In this document: piece after piece, positions 12,645-24,850 of the stretch
Layout: every line of letters begins with the position of its first letter
How positions within the stretch are numbered: position 1 is the stretch's first letter
Assembly (NCBI RefSeq): GCF_009914755.1
Contig: NC_060932.1
Origin: the human T2T-CHM13v2.0 reference genome, Homo sapiens
Strand: one strand, 5' to 3'
Length of the DNA stretch: 64,000 bases
Notes under the pieces: generated by a model
What the model was told of the DNA's origin: nothing
The model's input: only the letters and a program-made list of their open reading frames with translations
Database searches by the model: none
Position numbers and translations under genes: made by a program

Positions 12645-13539
12645 GAGCCCCTTATAAAACCATCAGATCTCGTGAGAACTCACCCACTATCATGAGAACC
12701 TCATGGGCAAAACCACCCTCATGAGTCATTTACCTCCACCTGGTCTCTCCCTTGACACATGGGGATTATAATTCAAGATGAGATTTGGGTGGGGACACAA
12801 AGCCTAATCATATCATGGACTAAACAGTGTTCCACCAAAAATGTATATGTTGAAGCCCTCAGCCCAATGTTACTGTATTTGGAAATAGGGCTTTTAAAGA
12901 GGTAATTAAGGATGAATGGGCTCCTAAAGGTGGGTTCCCAATCCAATAGGGCAGGGGTCCTTAGAAGAAGAAGAAGAGACACTAGGGGTATACACAGAGA
13001 AAAGTCCATGTGTGAACACAGTGAGAAGGTGGCCATCTGCAAGCCAAGATGAGCAGCCTCAGAAGACACCAACTCTACAGGAATTTGATCTTAGACTTCC
13101 AGCCCCCAGAACTGTGAGAAAATAAATTTCTGTTGTTTACATCCCCCAGTATGTGGAATTTTGTTATGGAAGCTCTAGCTGAGTAATACAAAACACATAG
13201 AAAAGAATATTTGCAAGCAATTTTTGGTTGCTCATGGACTTCATGAAATCCACCCTTAAAGGTCAGGACCTTCAAGATTATACATCTTCTAAAAAAAGGA
13301 TACATTTTTTTTTTCTAAAAAGTACTGACTATATGAATAGTAGCTGGAAATATTTGACTTCTTATTTCACATATGTTCTTTGAAAATATAGTGAGTCGGT
13401 TAAGATCATTAAAAAGGTGTATTTGTTTTAAGCAAGACGGCTCAAAAGAAAATGGACCATCAAAAGTTGAGTACACAAGAAATATACAAAACATTGTTTA
13501 GAAATGTGCCTAGAGACGTTTAAGCTAGTTTTGTCTCTT

Positions 13540-13800
13540 TATATATATGTGTGTGTATATATATATGAAACATATATATATGAAATACATATGTGATATA
13601 TAGAAATATATATGAAACCTATATATGAGAAACATATATATGAAACCTATATATGAGAAACATATATATGAAACCTATGTATGAGAAACATATATATGAA
13701 ACCTATATATGTGAAACATATATATGAAACCTATATATGAGAAACATATATATGAAACCTATATATGAGAAACATATATATGAAATATATATATAAACAT
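13540..13800. repeat. AT-rich minisatellite, 28-bp unit GAAACCTATATATGAGAAACATATATAT x6 (13614-13781), within a (TA)n region
   Basis: Units start at 13614, 13642, 13670, 13698, 13726 and 13754; two units carry a single substitution. Confidence 0.95.
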
Positions 13801-14177
13801 AAAGACCTATGGAAAATATCTTTCTCAGAATAAATTAGAAATTTTCTTCCTCTTTAGGTTATTTAAATTTGAAATTGTGTATGCTATGAAAAGGTGTTTA
13901 AAGAATAAAGTTAATGCTTGGGAATAATTAAATCACAATGGTTACATTTTGTGTTTTGGAGGAATTACAAATCCTGGAGTATTTCATACAGAAAAATGTG
14001 GGGTTAGTAAATGAAGTGGTTCCAGGTATGTGAGAAAGACTACAACCAACCAGCACATTTTCATATAAGCCAATTATCAACTTACCATGATAGCAACAAT
14101 GACACCTGTGCAAGGTTCTTTGGTGTCCTGAACAGTCATCACAAACAACCCTTCAGTATAGTCTGCTTTAAGAGACA

Positions 14178-14688
14178 TATTGCAGTTATAAGATTAATGA
14201 TAGCCATTAGGCCTACTCCTGTCTCACCCAGGTGACACTGTGTCACTTAGCTACATGATGCAAACTGGTCCGGGGATTTCCAACTCTGGTCCAGGGAGTT
14301 CCAGGAGACAAAGCCACCTCAGCACAGTTGCAACAACTTTCATAAACCTTAAATAAAGCATACCTTTACAAAAGCATTTAACTCCCTTTACAAAAGAAAT
14401 ACCTTATAACTGACTCAGACTGAATACAGTTGTAAGAAAGGGGGAAGGATCCCTCAAATTCTGAAAACGATCTCTGGATGGAGAGCTCCCAATCGGCTGG
14501 TTATCTGTCTCTCCAACTGTGTCTGGTCCATGGCACTGGCCTGCTCCACTACCATCTTGTAAGAGCACTACTAGAACACTGCTTGAGCATCAGACGGAGC
14601 CCAAGACTCATGTTTGAAGCAAATCAGACAAGGTGAAATGTCACCCCTAGGGAATTTGGTTAATAAAGACCACCCAAATTCCTGAACA
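14178..14688 (+). mobile_element. Probable ERV solo LTR, family not assigned
   Basis: About 510 bp more GC-rich than its flanks; T(A)TTGCAG start, AATAAA near the 3' end, CA end; candidate 5-bp TSD AGACA/TGACA. Confidence 0.55.
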
Positions 14689-14759
14689 TGACACTTGGCC
14701 TTCAGCTGGTCAGGAAGATTTTTTAATTGACATTGTCTGGCTGCATTCTCAGTACCAGT

Positions 14760-15275
14760 TTGCATCCCCATTTACCAGTCCCAACAACCACCCCTTCTCT
14801 TTTTTATTTTTTATTTTTTGGTAATCAATGTGGTTCTAGAAAAGTTGTCTCTATTCCTGCTTTAGGTGGAGCATGTGATCTATGCTAAACCAAACAGAAT
14901 ATTCTGGAGGAAGTGATTGCTTTAGTGGTGGGCATGAGGTTTCAGGCACATGCATTTGAGAGAACCTCAGCACTTCGTTGGGTATCTTAAAACAAAGTCA
15001 TGTCCTTGCTGAAAATGAATAAAGAGGCACGCATCCTAATGAGATGAAGAGAACCAGATAGAAAGAAGCCCATACAATAAGCACAATGGAGAGATGGGAA
15101 GAAACTTAGGCCTTGAAAAGTTTTTTGATTAATCCATTCTTGAAGTCAGCCTGATTTCTGGACTTTTGTGTACATGAGCCAAAAAACAAAACAAAATAAA
15201 AACAAATTTCTACATTGTTTTCTTCAATTTGAGTCAGAATTCCTCTTATTTACCATCAGAACATCGTAACTGATG
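14760..15275 (+). mobile_element. Old MLT1 (MLT1J/K-like) LTR
   Basis: GAGCATGTGATCTATGCTAAACCAAACAGAAT...TCTGGACTTTTGTGTACATGAGCCAAAAAA...GAACATCGTAACTGAT. Confidence 0.7.
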
Positions 15276-15699
15276 GCTATTCTTAAATATTCCTAAATTT
15301 GTGTATTTATATAAAGTCTTTCTTTCCTCCCAGGGTTTTATTCTATAAGTAATCAAAGGCCCATTTAATAGTTTAGTGTGTGTCTACAATATTCTCCCAT
15401 CCTCAATTAAACTTAGATATTATTTGTTCAACCTAATTCTTACTCAGCCAACAATGATCTATCATAGTGTCAACAATGTGCAAGGCCTGATCCTTAGATA
15501 CCTTGGAGAAATTAGAATTATACATATAATGTGGTTCTTGCTTTCTAAAAGTACCTGCTTTAGAATAAGAGGACAGGAAAAACACATATACAGATAGTTC
15601 TTGCCTTCTTTTCTTCCTTTTTCTTAAATGCTTTCTTTTTTTCTGCTAGAATATATACTGGAAGGTAGATTATCATAGAATCCCTTCTGATAGAAAGTA

Positions 15700-15890
15700 A
15701 TTAAGAGGGAGTCTAATATATTGCCTAAGAATGCAGGTGATGCCTAGGTTTGGATCTAGGCTCTGTTACTTGCTAAGCTCCAGTTTCCTTATCTGTAAAA
15801 TGACATATACCTTGCAGAATTGTCTTGAATAAAAAATGAGAAAAACATGGCTCACAGTAAGCATTGAACAATAGTAGCCATTATAAGCTT
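15700..15890 (+). mobile_element. MIR SINE (internally deleted)
   Basis: CCTAGGTTTGGATCTAGGCTCTGTTACTTGCTA...CAGTTTCCTTATCTGTAAAATG. Confidence 0.7.
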
Positions 15891-18800
15891 GGAAAACCCT
15901 CATTTTATAAGAATTTGAGGACCTTGGTAGCAGTCAATGTCAAACCTAGGTCTTAGACCGGTGCTTCTTTTACCGTCATCACTAGCTATCAATTTAAAAA
16001 TCTTCTGCCATGTATCTTCTCTTATATCACAGCTATGAGCAATAATTTCTCAATATCTCACAAGAACATAGATACAGCAACCGTAACCTCTCTGATTGTT
16101 TTGAAAGGAGTAAAATAATTCTTCAAGTTTGCCCATGTCAGGTTGTGAGAACCACAGACTAGCTTGGTCTATGGTAGAATGTGGGTGTAGCACTCAATCA
16201 CAAACACAAAGTTATGTGATTTTTATAACATTCAATAAAGGAGTTGAGGTCACAGCTGAAGGTTAGAGCCAAACAGATCAACACATGAAATATTCAAGGT
16301 CAAGGATGAGGTTAGGAGTAGGGCCTGGAGGTCCATGCAGGGCAGGAAAGTGGAACAAGGAAGAGTCTAAGCATCCAGGCAATGATAAAAGTTTGTGCTT
16401 CAGTCCAAGAATTTGGAAATAATTAAGAGATAGAGACTAAACCAGGAGACTGAAATTTTGGCTTAAGAGTGTAAGCTAATGATTACATAAAAAACACCCT
16501 ATGACACCATACATTTTTATTGCAAATTACTAATCACTAATTAGAGCAAACTTGTATTTGCTCTGTATAAGTCAATCTGTAAAAATGTTCATTTTTTGGA
16601 AGCGATAATAAGGAATCTCAAGAGTTCTCTTAAATCAGACAATGTTGTAATATAACAGATTCTTTACTAAAACCAAAACCTATTTGGTTGAAACTTGTTT
16701 CTAAACCTATCTTAAAAGGAAAAAACATTGCTCAAAATGGCTAATTTTTCATTCATTCCAGGCTTTCCTTCTCACTCCAAATCTCTAAAAACATCAGCAA
16801 TCCATTGCAAAGTAAATAACTTTCTAAACCAAAAATATTCTTACATAGTATATATCACAAAGCCAGTGGCACTCCCCCAACCCTCATTAATTTTGGGTTC
16901 TAAGAAAAATGAGAGTATGCTGATCAAAAAATAAAAGCACATTTGTTTCTGCTGGAATTCTTTTAAGATGTCTCCAAATTATGGCTTGCTCACACACACC
17001 ACAAGAGAATGTGTGGCTGAAAGCCCATATACAGCACCATCCAAAACCAAGAACATTTCTCAAAGGGAGACTTTGAGAATGTTTTTAATTACCGTGTGCC
17101 TCATCCCAGCCTTCACACTTATACTCTGGGTAAGCTGCCAGTTTATACTTGTGGTTTAGCCACTGCTGCCTGTCCCTGATGCAGGTAGACTTTTAATGGT
17201 CTTCAGGTAAAGATAATTGGCTATTTGCATGCTTCTAAATGTATCAGTTAAAAAGGTACTTGAAGAAATAAACCCACTGTATCTTCCAGTGAATATATTA
17301 TGGATGCAGATTAACTGTCATGTAGACCTGCACATTAATGAAACCTGGAATGCCTTGACCTGTGAATATGCCTAGTGAATATACTATTACCTGAAAGCCT
17401 CTCATTAAAAAAAAAAGTTAGGTAGACCTAATTCAACTGACTAGCAGTCTGAAAAGTTAGAAAAGAGGTAAAAGTGAGTCTGACACCTATATTTCCTTCT
17501 AATCAAGAGTGAGAACTTCCAATAAGCTTTGGCAGTGATTTAGAAGGGTGGGAACATAAGAGAATTGAATTACCTCTCCCTACATATTGATTAACAGCTT
17601 TTAAACCCATCAGTCATACTTTAATTTCTGTGTGTGGTGTGTTTAACGTGAGCTCCCAATCCACCTGATTGGATTACCTCACCACCCATGAAAGAATCAG
17701 CAGCCAGTGGTTAAAACTGTAATTAGAATCAGGCAGTAATTTGTGCTGGGAGGGTTTTGGGTGGTGATGGGGGCAAACCCTCTTGCCCCTTTTGTTTAAA
17801 TTTTTCAGCATAGATGATGAATAATAATTATATTTCAGCCAATTACCTCTGAGACAGTAGAAAGTGTACATGTGAAGGGATAATCAAATATTTTAGATAT
17901 TGTAACTCTCTTTCTTCCTTTTCCACAAAGTAGTCAGTAAAATATAGAAGGTAAGTTTATTATTCACAGCCTCTAATTTCAGTGGAATAGGAGAGTGGTC
18001 TTATTTTAAACACCCAATATATTCCCCATCGTGTTTATTTTCTGTGGGCCAATAGTTTTCAAGAAAGAAAAAAAAAGAGCAGTATCTATACAAGAATATA
18101 AACATAATTCAAAATGTCTATTTTTAAAAAGATTTAAAATTTATTTTCTTTTTTTCTATGACATTTGAAATAGGTATTTTTAATGGAGATTTTATAACTA
18201 CAATATTTTTGGTTGGTTTTATTGTAATATTTACCCCTAGGCAAGGGGACTGTCACAATCTTTGTTGAAAACATTTTATGTATAGCTTCGGTTCCAAGAG
18301 AAGGACATTTTAAAAAAACTTTAATGATTTTGAATTAACTATTCTTTTATGAAATATTAATTTAGTGCTTAAAAACAAAGAAGTAAATTAAATCCAAATG
18401 TGTGATAGAAAATTTCAGTGTTAGCATGAAATAAAATTGGAAAACAATACAACTGAATGGAGTAAGGGGACTTAGTAATTTAATATGAGGTGGCATCATT
18501 TGAATTAGTTGTACAAAATTCACACACGGACATGTTGAAATAGGGGGAAGTTACACTTCTTTCCCTTCACAACATTGAACAATATCACTACATCCATGTC
18601 AGTGCATGTACACATGTGTGAGCACAGACAGACTAAAACCAGAGCCAAACAAAAAAACATGCATGATGATAGTGGACAGCTTTTGGCCATAAATCTCCAA
18701 GCAGATATTTGATTCATAAATTATTTTATACCCTGCCTCTTCCCCAACCTGAATCTCATGTCCATTTGAGCAGGCTTCTGTGCTGAGTCTTCCCTCTCTT

Positions 18801-19009
18801 CTTTCTTCTGCAATGTATCTTGTCATTGCATCCCGTCCTCACTCTTATTTCCAGCCATTGCTAAAAATGATTGCCCTTGGACTTCCTTTTCCCACCTCTT
18901 TGCTCATCTGTATGGGGTGTCTTTTTCTAAAGGTCTATTTCCTTTATTTCTTCATTTTCTGCCCATATTAATACCCTGATTCTTTAACTCCTTGTGTAAT
19001 GATTAATAC

Positions 19010-19370
19010 CTATCTTGGTATAGTAGAAAGAGCCCTTGTTTAGACTTTTTTATTTGTCAGTTACTAACGTTACTAACATAAACCTCTTAATATCTCTGGG
19101 CCTCAGGTCCCTGATATGTAAAATGAGGAGGAACTTGAGGGGACCTTCAAGCTCTGAACCTTGTACAATCCCTTCTGTACAAATAGCTTAACATTTTCAT
19201 AATGTTGTCTGTCTCAGCAGCAATTTCACGTATGGATGCTCTGTATCTCTAATTAGATGATAAGGTTTCCAGGAGCATTCACTGGGACTATTTTTTCTGT
19301 TGTACCCTATAGCTCCTAGCACAGTTCTAAGTATATTATAGATATTCAATAAATGTTCATTGATTCGTTT
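19010..19370 (+). mobile_element. MIR fragment (about 19010-19160) followed by an L2 3' end (about 19240-19370)
   Basis: CTCTGGGCCTCAGGTCCCTGATATGTAAAATGAGG; CCTAGCACAGTTCT...TATTCAATAAATGTTCATTGATT. Confidence 0.65.
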
Positions 19371-21443
19371 ACTGAAGTCCTTTTGGGCGGATTTTCATTT
19401 CATATCATTACTACCAACAATATTGTTAGTGTAGATGTGGATACATCAAGCAGCTATTCAGAAATTTAATAGATAAAAAGAAAATAGAAACAAAACAACA
19501 AAAATAACTCTACAATTTCTGTGTGTTCCTTGATAATTATCTGTTTTGGTAATTTGTTGTGTGACCCTTGATAATTGATACCAATAACTTAACGTGCAAC
19601 TGGGGGGAAAGACTGTGGGGAAAAACCTGAAGATTTATTTGAAGAAATGAATCTTAATTTGTCAGTGGAGGGGGCGGGGAGGCAGAGAAATAGGACACTT
19701 AGATAATCTGATGAGTGCTATGAGCTTTCTCTAAGAGGGTTCACAGATTTCTTACGACTTGTTAAATAAACACTGTGTTTTCCTGAAGCCCTTATATGGG
19801 TCCCAAGTTTCATTTTTAATGGCTTTATTTATAGGAGTTGGGTCGAAGAGTACAGACATAGCCATTCCCGCCAGAGCCCTATGAAATGATTTCTTTAGCA
19901 TGTCTAATTGGACCAGAGGTAGGCATGTCATTCAAATCTAAGACTTAGCTTAAACAAAGAAATAAAGGCACTTGAAGGTCTTCCTTGGGATTTTGAAATT
20001 GAAACAAAATTTTACTTCAAGTCAGTTGGTGGTGTATTCTAGAAACAGAAGGCCAGCTGGTCTTGGAAAACGGAGTGCATGATTTGGGACCATGTGTAAA
20101 CTAATGAAGAAGTAGAGGAAGGTGTTTGGTGGCAGGATTGGAAAATAGAGAAATACAGAGAAAAATCATGAATAACATAGCATAGAAGCAAAACCAAGGG
20201 ATCACATAGCCATTAAGTAAAAGAGAGTATGGCCTGGGTTTCTGACACCTTTCCCATGTGCATTTACTTGTGCTGCATTTACCATTCATGGTGGCTGTGC
20301 AGACTCTGAGTCTTTGACAGCCTCTTCCCATCTCTCACCCCTGTCACTCCAACACCCATACACACAAACATATATTGTCACCATTTTCTGGAACTAATTT
20401 GAAATTGGTCTGTTTCTCTTTGACTAGGATAAATTATAATCATCTGTTTTCCACCATACTATTTATGTAAAGTAGAAAAAAATGACTCTCAAGGTGAAAA
20501 TGCTTATGATGTAGTTAGTTTTTACAAGACACTTAGATGATGAAGGTTCTATGTGACTGTTAAAGCTTTTTGTAATCCTAAATTTTTAATATTCAGATTA
20601 TTATTCTCTCTGAATTAAAACTTGTAATTTTTATGGAAATAAAGAAGAAAATAAAGTAATAGCTAAAAGTGTATGTTTGGCAAAGAATAACATAAAAATA
20701 AACTATACATGTTTTAAAAATAAAATTGCTGAGAGAATTTTTAAAAGACCTTCCAAACAAGCCATTGCATATATAAAGAAGCAACATAATTTGTTTAGCA
20801 AACCCATTTTATCAAATAAAACATTATATAGTAGCAATGATTATGTTTTCTATTTAAAAAGATACAATCTTCAATGGGAAATATTTTATGATATTTGCAG
20901 GCTTTAGCTTTTTTATTATTGTCCATATTTCCTGCTTATAATATCTTTCCCTTGTTAACATATTTTCAGCTATTTGCTAGTGTTTGAAGTTTTATTCCTG
21001 CAAGTCTCATGTAGTCTTGTGCTTAACTAATTCAATGGTACATATTACTGTGGTATGTAGTGTATACAAACCTGTTAACTTCTAAAGTTTTTTTTTTTTA
21101 AATAGACTATTCCAGTGTTTTACCAAGGATTACACTAGGAAGCATTCTTGAAGAATGATATATTATACAGTAATTTTAAAAATGGATTCTTTTTTTTTAG
21201 GATCTCTATTAAATGGATCGCATGTAAATTCAACTTGGTTTTATGAATACTTCTGGATACTTGTTATCAGATTGTTGGTCTTCTGTTTCATTCTAGTTGG
21301 TGACATCATCTTTCCTTGCTTTGTTTGTTTGTTTGTTTTTGAGAGGAGTAGAATTAAGTTTTCTTTTTCAGGTAATCCACAGATGTTTTGGGTTGCTGTG
21401 GGAAACGTCATCAAACATACAATGAAGGAGAGGGGATGCCATT

Positions 21444-21636
21444 CAAGCTTGTCCAACCTGCCTTATTTTGTTGTTGTTGTTCTGTTTTAGGCTTTTAAAA
21501 GCAGCCTGATGCCATGGTTTTTAGTTTCTGTCTTTAGTGATAAGCAGAAAAGGGAGATGAAGAAGGGGCTTAACTGGCCCAACCAGAAACAGAAACTAAG
21601 AACCCATGACTGTATTCTCTTCCCTGGACACCCCTG
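21444..21636 (-). mobile_element. MER107-like hAT-Charlie MITE
   Basis: Termini CAAGCTTGTCCAACC...TGGACACCCCTG (MER30/Charlie3-type terminal inverted repeats); internal CAGAAACAGAAACTAAGAACCCATGACTGTATTCTC. Confidence 0.8.
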
Positions 21637-22373
21637 CTTGGAGCAAGAGCTGCACGTGGGTAGCAACTACAGCTCATGTACTCACTAGACCTAGCAAGAA
21701 AAGAAAAGAAAACGTTTGGGTTTGCCATGAAGAGGGCACAATCTACCAACCTATGGGTTTTGTCACTATTTTAAGAGGATTACCTTATTCCCCTCTTGCA
21801 AGTATGCTTTTTGCAAATTTCTGATCCTGGGAAAATAAATGTATCTAAAACTGAAAATGTGCCTAATTCCTATTACTGGTAAATATTTTGAGGTGTCTGA
21901 ATAAAGTAAATCTTGTTTTATTAGATTATTTTAACAATCTGACTTTTATTGTAAGAATGTTAATGTGTGTAAGCCAACATTGACTCATCTAATTTTCAAA
22001 TAATCAATTGTTAATTAAAATAGGCAATTTTTTAATGTTTAGAAAGAGAAAAGAATGAGAAGGCATACAGGTTCGGTTTTTGACATAATTCCACCATGAA
22101 CTTTGCTGTGTGTCTGCAGCAAGTCATTGGTGTTCATTATACCTCTGCCTTCCTACGAAAAACAGGAATTTTCATATGCTATCTACTTTGTAGGAGGGTT
22201 GAAATAATCACAAGAGATAACAGAAAAAAATGTTACAAATGGAAGGAATCTTAATGATCATCCTAAGATCATTTATTTTGCCAGTAAGATAACTGAAGCC
22301 CAGAGGCGTTAAGTAATAACTGTTTCCTTTTCTCTCCATATATACAGCTTGCTCTTAATGCTTCTCCTAGAAT

Positions 22374-22911
22374 TGTCACCGAGAAGTGCGGGAATCCTCG
22401 GTTCTTAGTCTTACTTGGAGTAAGAATTCTGACAAGTAACTGATTTAGGCAAAAAAGAGAATTTGTGGAAGGAAAATACAGAGCATAGGGTTTATGTAGA
22501 GAGGCAGTACCACTCTGAAAAGATAAAGCCTGGCAGACTGCTGAAGGGAGTAAGCCAGCTGTACCCTGAGAGTTCTGCATTGGGTTTTTATGGTGTTGGA
22601 CTTTCTTGAAGTTCATGCCTCTGTCTCAAGCCTCTGCCTTTTTTCTTTGCCTAGTTTTCCCAATTCTGCCTTAAGTCCCCTCTTCTCCTTACCAGCATGC
22701 ATCTAGCTACATTCTGACAGGTTAGCTGCAGAGTGAATGATTACTGGGCATCCTAGTGGGAATTCCTTCCGGCATAGGTATTTTCCCTCCTCTTTGCTCA
22801 TATCCAGCATGCATGTTTTGGGTGGTCCCTGGGGTATGATATTTTCCAGACCTCCCTTTTCTCAGGGGCTCACCTCTCTTGCTCATGTCTGGCTGTCTGC
22901 GTACTCTAACA
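22374..22911 (-). mobile_element. ERV1 solo LTR (MER50/MER87-like)
   Basis: Minus strand starts TGTTAGAGTACGCAGACAGCCAGACATGAGC; TG...CA ends; perfect 4-bp TSD GAAT at 22370-22373 and 22912-22915. Confidence 0.88.
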
Positions 22912-23244
22912 GAATACTTAAGTCATATACATTAATTATGTACTTTTTAATCTCCCTGACTAACCTGTATGATCCTTGAATGCAGAGACAGTATCATATT
23001 TGCCTTTGCCTTTTCATACCCATTGTTTTCCTAATTAACTCTTAATTGGCATTCCTTGAAGAATTTTTTTAATCTTCAGATCCTTGCTATACCTTTTCAC
23101 TATATTCTATACTGTCCTTGATAGTACTTATCACAATTTTAATATAAATGTATATTATTTCTGTATATACATTTATATAGTTTCTGTGTGTATATATATG
23201 TGTGTATATATATATTTGATTTTTACAATGTTTTTCTCTACAAT

Positions 23245-23390
23245 ATAACTTATGTTACAGTTTCCTCATCTGTTAAATGTGGCTAATAATAGTATCTAAC
23301 TTATAGAATTATTGTGCAGAATACTTCATTTATTAACAGTGAATGGAACATATAAGAGGAATTCAACAAATGTGTTAATATTATTATTTA
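23245..23390 (+). mobile_element. MIR SINE fragment
   Basis: CAGTTTCCTCATCTGTTAAATGTGGCTAATAATAGTATCTAACTTATAG MIR core. Confidence 0.75.
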
Positions 23391-24850
23391 ATTTCCATGT
23401 AATATGCCTGTCCCAAGCAGTAATGATAAAGACTAAAATATCTCTTTTTATCAGGCTGTGCAAAAAGTAATTTTAGATTCAATAGGTTGTAAAGTTTTCT
23501 CTGTGCTACCCCATAGGAGGGTTATCCACGGGATGTCTCTTCATTTGTTCAATTCTAGGGGCAAATATATACTCTTCAGGTTTTAGTAACCTTCAAGGGA
23601 TACCAAAAAAAAAATTCACAGAGGATGAAAGCTATTTAGTGAGAAGGTAAATCATGTGCTCCTTTATAACTTTTTAAAAAAATGTCATCACAGTCTGGTG
23701 GCATCCTGCTGAATGCATGCTTCTAGAAGGCATTCCATCATTCCTCTCTCAAATATATTTTGGTGTCTGCTAGGCCCAGCAAACACATCGAGAATAAGAC
23801 AGATGAAGAAACTTTCCTTTGAGAAGACGGAAAGACTTCAATGTAACTTTGATTTAGGTTAATCCAGAAAGTCGAACAGGACTCACGCTACTGCAGGACA
23901 TCTAAATACATCTGAGAAACCAACATACCCTATCTGCTAGTAATACCAAGGTAGTAAAGATTTTAAAAGCTTTGATAATCTCAAAACAGAAAGCATGCAG
24001 TTCTCAGCACAACCTGCAAAAGGTAAGCATTTTCAAGGTAAAAGAATCAGTATTATATTGGTTCATGAGTAACATTTATGAAATGAGTAGCCTGATTCAA
24101 AATAAGCACCTAATAGATTGGGAACATCACCAGAGCTCATAAAGGTGGCAGGTTAAATACATTGCAAATTCCAAAGCCAATTAAAATTATTGAGTATTTT
24201 GTTTTATGAATATGTCTAAATTTGAGAATTGAAACTGCATTTCCCATTGTTCTTTTTTAAATGAGAAAATAAAAGAATTTTTTTCAGTGTTCATTACAAA
24301 GTTAAAGTGTTTATAAATACATACAGTTGGCAGATACGTGTGAATTTATGGAAGGTAGCTTTGAACTATTAAGGTGAGATTTAACATTAAAGGCTAAATA
24401 TAGGAAGAAAAAAAGATGTTGTAATGCTGCAAAAGAATTTTGTGACTTTTTCTGGAAAGTAATTTCTGAGTTTCAATTTACTCCCTGGATCATTTTACAA
24501 TGGCTGTAACCCTGCTGTATAAAGGTGATACTTGACAACTGCAATCAATTCAGCGAGTATTGGTGAATCAAATATTTCCACTTTTAAGACATGGCATCTG
24601 CTGAAGCTGAAGGCACTCACAGAATAATATCTTTTAACTAGGGACTTCATTTTTTCTGGAGTGTTCAAACATATATATTTATTTCTTACTTATAGAGGAT
24701 CAATGGATTTATTCCAGAATAAATTGTTTTCTTCTGATGTTTGATTATTTTTGTACTTTAATAGTGTAATATGTACTGATTTTAATGAAGATATTGTGGC
24801 ATAAATAAATATTAAAAATGGCAAGGATTTTTATCTATCTCTACAGACAT

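Larger units (their letters stand above)
9752..12815 (-). mobile_element. Full-length THE1 (THE1C/D-like) MaLR retrotransposon: 3'LTR 9752-10134, internal 10135-11737, 5'LTR 11738-12815 (split by LTR8)
   Basis: Two LTRs (TGTATTA...ATCA) flank a 1.6-kb MaLR internal region; polypurine tract (GGGGCTAGGGGTGGAA on the minus strand) abuts the 3'LTR; TSD TGAAC (9747-9751)/TGGAC (12816-12820). Confidence 0.95.
9742..13190 (+). mobile_element. MLT1B-like MaLR solo LTR (9742-9751 plus 12816-13190), interrupted by THE1
   Basis: TGCTATGAAC joins TAAACAGTGTTCCACCAAAAATGTATATGTTGAAGCCCT...GAGTAATACA; AATAAA near 13121; candidate TSD ATACA/AAACA. Confidence 0.85.
9653..13290. mobile_element. hAT-Charlie MITE (MER117/MER103-like), split into about 9653-9741 and about 13191-13290
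   Basis: Left half TGGTTTTTAAACTATTTGGTGATCAGAGATCATTTTCAGAATCCAATG...GAAAAATCCAAATATACA continues in the right half as ACACATAG...ATTTGCAAGCAATTTTTGGTTGCTCATGGAC. Confidence 0.6.

Noticed and set aside
13614-13781. Regularly spaced repeats superficially like a CRISPR array
   Set aside because: Units are head-to-tail with no unique spacers and no cas genes, in a mammalian context; it is a minisatellite.
16130-16480. Possible ancient Gypsy-like LTR fragment
   Set aside because: Only a compositional impression; no termini or TSD could be identified.
19667-19683. GC-box GGGGCGGGG / G-rich patch
   Set aside because: Isolated, with no CpG island or other promoter features nearby.
21436-21644. 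MER107-like element lacks a matching 8-bp TSD (ATGCCATT vs CTTGGAGC)
   Set aside because: A small flanking deletion or decay is a sufficient and common explanation.
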